From: Candidatus Woesearchaeota archaeon
GTDB taxonomy: Archaea > Nanobdellota > Nanobdellia > Woesearchaeales > SKGA01
Length of the DNA: 59,104 nt
Assembly (NCBI GenBank): GCA_021734105.1
Contig: JAIPJP010000003.1
Span: 1 to 59,104, forward strand
Direction of reading: 5' to 3'
The notes beneath the pieces are model-generated. The model did no database searches. It was not told where the DNA came from and worked only from the letters and a program-made list of their open reading frames with translations. The translations under genes and the position numbers were made by a program. Of the stretch, positions 56,995-59,104 are shown piece after piece (the first letter of the stretch is position 1; every line of letters begins with the position of its first letter).

Positions 56995-58137
56995 TTATTT
57001 TGTCTGTTTGGAGGTTCTACGCTTTCTATATGCTTCAAGATCTTCTTCTAATTTTCTCTTTAAAGGATCAGGTCTTGTTGATTGTGCCAGTCTTACCCGA
57101 GAATCTTCATTAATTATTGTTTCTTTTTTATATTTAAACTCCTTATTTATTCTTAGATATACTGCTTCAACAAGACCTTCAGTAGTTGAATAATCACATT
57201 GGAGTGGGAGAAGAGAATCCAATATTCTTCCTGATACAACATCAGATAAATAAAAAACAAGAAAATTAGCAACTAATCTTTTGTTAAAACCTTTCACTTC
57301 AATAAAAAAATGATTTTGAATTAATCGAACAAATAAGTCTTCGGTTTTAATAGGCTTGTAATCCTTTGGATGAACATATTTATTATCATACCACAAATCA
57401 AAAAACTCAATAGCAAAGTGATGCCTTGCTGAAGATTCTTTTCTAAATTTTGGATTTGAAAAAACATAGTCTGCAATCGAAGGTGAAACTATTAACATAT
57501 TTAGTAGAACCAACGAAGTTTCTTTATTCAAATTAATTGAATCATCCGAATGAGTCCCATAAAACAAAGATGCTTTAGCTACATCTCTAACTATTTTTTC
57601 CTTATATTTTATGAAAGATTCAGTAAAATATTTTGTTTGATAAAGATAATTCTCTAATTTATGCTCAATAAAGTCCCTTACTATTTTTTTAAAAGATGAA
57701 TAGTTCGTTTTCAAGGAATATCTATGGCTTTTATCTTCAGGATTTATTTGGATATAATCCAAAGTACCTCTTCTTAAATAAGATTTTAAATCAATTTCTT
57801 GTACATCGCATTTTCCAAAAGTTAATGAATCCTTCAGAAGTTCTCTAGTAAATCCTTTGGATTCAAAATACGCTGAATGTATTAGTACAATTTTTCTATA
57901 CAGTGTCTTGAATCTGTTTTTGTATTTTTTGTTGAACTCAAACCAAGATATAATTTTAGGAATTAAATCTAAACTGTATATACCTATCCCTTGCTTATTG
58001 ATAAAATCAGATAAAGGGTTAGGAAGAGCATTATAGATTTTTGTTTGTTCATAATCTAAATCAACACTCGACCTCATAAGAACTAAATAAATTGCATATT
58101 TTTTTTGAAGATTGGAAATATTGGAATAATCTAACAT
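56995..58137 (-). CDS. Hypothetical protein (380 aa), very AT-rich gene
   Basis: Long ORF, K/Y/F/N-rich, with no recognised family. It is divergent from the AbrB/RHH/Zn-ribbon operon. Confidence 0.5.
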   Translation of the reverse strand: MLDYSNISNLQKKYAIYLVLMRSSVDLDYEQTKIYNALPNPLSDFINKQGIGIYSLDLIPKIISWFEFNKKYKNRFKTLYRKIVLIHSAYFESKGFTRELLKDSLTFGKCDVQEIDLKSYLRRGTLDYIQINPEDKSHRYSLKTNYSSFKKIVRDFIEHKLENYLYQTKYFTESFIKYKEKIVRDVAKASLFYGTHSDDSINLNKETSLVLLNMLIVSPSIADYVFSNPKFRKESSARHHFAIEFFDLWYDNKYVHPKDYKPIKTEDLFVRLIQNHFFIEVKGFNKRLVANFLVFYLSDVVSGRILDSLLPLQCDYSTTEGLVEAVYLRINKEFKYKKETIINEDSRVRLAQSTRPDPLKRKLEEDLEAYRKRRTSKQTK

Positions 58138-58176
58138 ATTATAATTAATACTTATATATTATTTAAAGTTTTCTAT

Positions 58177-58199
58177 TTTGGATATTTATGATATCCAAA
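58177..58199. promoter_or_regulatory. Perfect palindrome TTTGGATAT-N5-ATATCCAAA (candidate operator)
   Basis: It sits in the divergent intergenic region. An extra GGATAT half-site follows at about 58203-58208. Confidence 0.5.
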
Positions 58200-58264
58200 T
58201 CGGATATTTTAGTACTCCCTAACGTATCCTCACCCTAATATACTTCTACAGCAATAATTAAGAT

Positions 58265-58438
58265 ATGATCAAAAGACAAATTTTTACATGGGGAGGTTAC
58301 TCTTTTGGAATCACTTTGCCCAAAAATTGGGTGAAACGAAACGATGTTTCTCAAGTAGAAATTGAAGAATTTGATCAAGAATTAATCATAAGAATTGCAA
58401 AAAATGACGCAAACACAGGAGGAGCTGACAAATGCTGA
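58265..58438 (+). CDS. AbrB/SpoVT/MazE-type swapped-hairpin DNA-binding protein (57 aa; not in the ORF track)
   Basis: Hand translation gives MIKRQIFTWGGYSFGITLPKNWVKRNDVSQVEIEEFDQELIIRIAKNDANTGGADKC. The GITLPK..V pattern is typical. It overlaps the next ORF by 7 nt. Confidence 0.55.
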   Translation: MIKRQIFTWGGYSFGITLPKNWVKRNDVSQVEIEEFDQELIIRIAKNDANTGGADKC

Positions 58439-58629
58439 GAAAGACTTGCCTCCTCCAGCTTCGAGTCACTGCTGATCAAAAACAAATGATCGAAAAACTT
58501 GCCGAAATCAATGGTTATAACTCCCTCAGTGACTTCATTCGATCAAGAGCCTTACAATCTAATCTCATAGAGCTACGTCTAAACGAAATCAAGAAAATGC
58601 TCCAAAAAGAGGTCGGTAAACATGACTGA
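58432..58629 (+). CDS. Ribbon-helix-helix-like protein (MobC/CopG-like)
   Basis: LQLRVTADQKQMIEKLAEINGYNSLSDFIRSRAL fits a beta-strand followed by two helices. Confidence 0.5.
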   Translation: MLRKTCLLQLRVTADQKQMIEKLAEINGYNSLSDFIRSRALQSNLIELRLNEIKKMLQKEVGKHD

Positions 58630-58663
58630 TGGAGAAATTGTTGAAAATCGAGGTGGAAAAATA

Positions 58664-58915
58664 ATGACTAAAAAAACATTTCGGGATCACCATGCAACAC
58701 CAGTTACGTCTATACGTGCTTTTTGTCTGCATTGCATGGGGTTTTCACGTAAAGAAGTTGGAAAATGCTCCGCCCCTGAGTGCCCCTTGTTTCCTTATCG
58801 AATGGGAAAGCGACCTAAGAATAGCACCAAAATAGGGCTTACTGAGGCTTGCTTTATCGCCGACAGGGGTAACATGAACGAATTGAAAATAATTGAAAAT
58901 AGCGAAGAAAATTAG
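58664..58915 (+). CDS. Zn-ribbon protein of a type common on phage/plasmid contigs
   Basis: The sequence is FCLHCMG...GKCSAPECPLFPYRMGKRP. The ATG at 58664 follows an AGGTGGA Shine-Dalgarno site. Confidence 0.5.
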   Translation: MTKKTFRDHHATPVTSIRAFCLHCMGFSRKEVGKCSAPECPLFPYRMGKRPKNSTKIGLTEACFIADRGNMNELKIIENSEEN

Positions 58916-59104
58916 GGGCTAGCTAGTGATTCACAATCCTCCATGTGAGGTCACCTGTTTTTGTTGTTGTTTGGAGATCCTGAAAGAAATTAACTTTCTT
59001 CCAGGAACCTCCATTTAATCAAATCAAAAAAGATCAAAAATGGAATTACCAGAACATCGATACACAAGCCTGATGCACAGATTTTATGCTAAAAGGAAGG
59101 GATT

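Noticed and set aside
1-59104. Search for rRNA genes, CRISPR arrays, integrases/transposases, inteins and in-frame stop read-through.
   Set aside because: Nothing in the ORF translations or in the intergenic sequence matched these. The att-like tRNA repeats therefore cannot be tied to any integrase within this window.

Overview
AT-rich archaeal chromosome segment. The archaeal call rests on an Rpo6/RpoK subunit, an archaeal-type ProRS ending in Tyr, a tRNA with a bulge-helix-bulge-type intron, TATA boxes about 25 nt upstream of several ATGs, and GGTGA-type Shine-Dalgarno sites elsewhere. Small genes and many orphan proteins fit a DPANN-like lineage, but that is inference only. About 1-36.7 kb is mostly housekeeping: proS, thrS, rpoK, a uvrB/uvrC/uvrA cluster interrupted by a RelE-type toxin-antitoxin pair, an oxidative-stress/Fe-S block (thioredoxin-like lipoprotein, two peroxiredoxins, regulator, NifS, IscU, SOD), two tRNAs, a SET-domain protein and a PolB-like protein with degenerate polymerase motifs. 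About 36.7-59.1 kb is accessory-looking and holds the most interesting material. (i) A PD-(D/E)xK-like gene is followed by a translationally coupled six-gene operon with two membrane anchors, a coiled-coil protein, a classical AAA ATPase, an SF3/D5-like P-loop protein and an orphan. (ii) A TrmB-family regulator is divergent from a long same-strand array encoding an LDH/MDH-like fusion protein, a PP2C phosphatase and a Hanks-type kinase. That array continues into a tandemly duplicated, partly decayed cassette of membrane-anchored Pmp-type beta-helix surface proteins with small coiled-coil partners and a lipoprotein. (iii) The right end carries a mobile-element-like AbrB/RHH/Zn-ribbon module. 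Both tRNA genes are followed within about 100 nt by a perfect copy of their own 3' end (att-like scars). A 12-mer recurs at fixed spacing upstream of three promoters. No CRISPR array, rRNA, integrase or transposase was recognised. All coordinates of non-ORF features were counted by hand. All family assignments come from motif recognition, not from searches.
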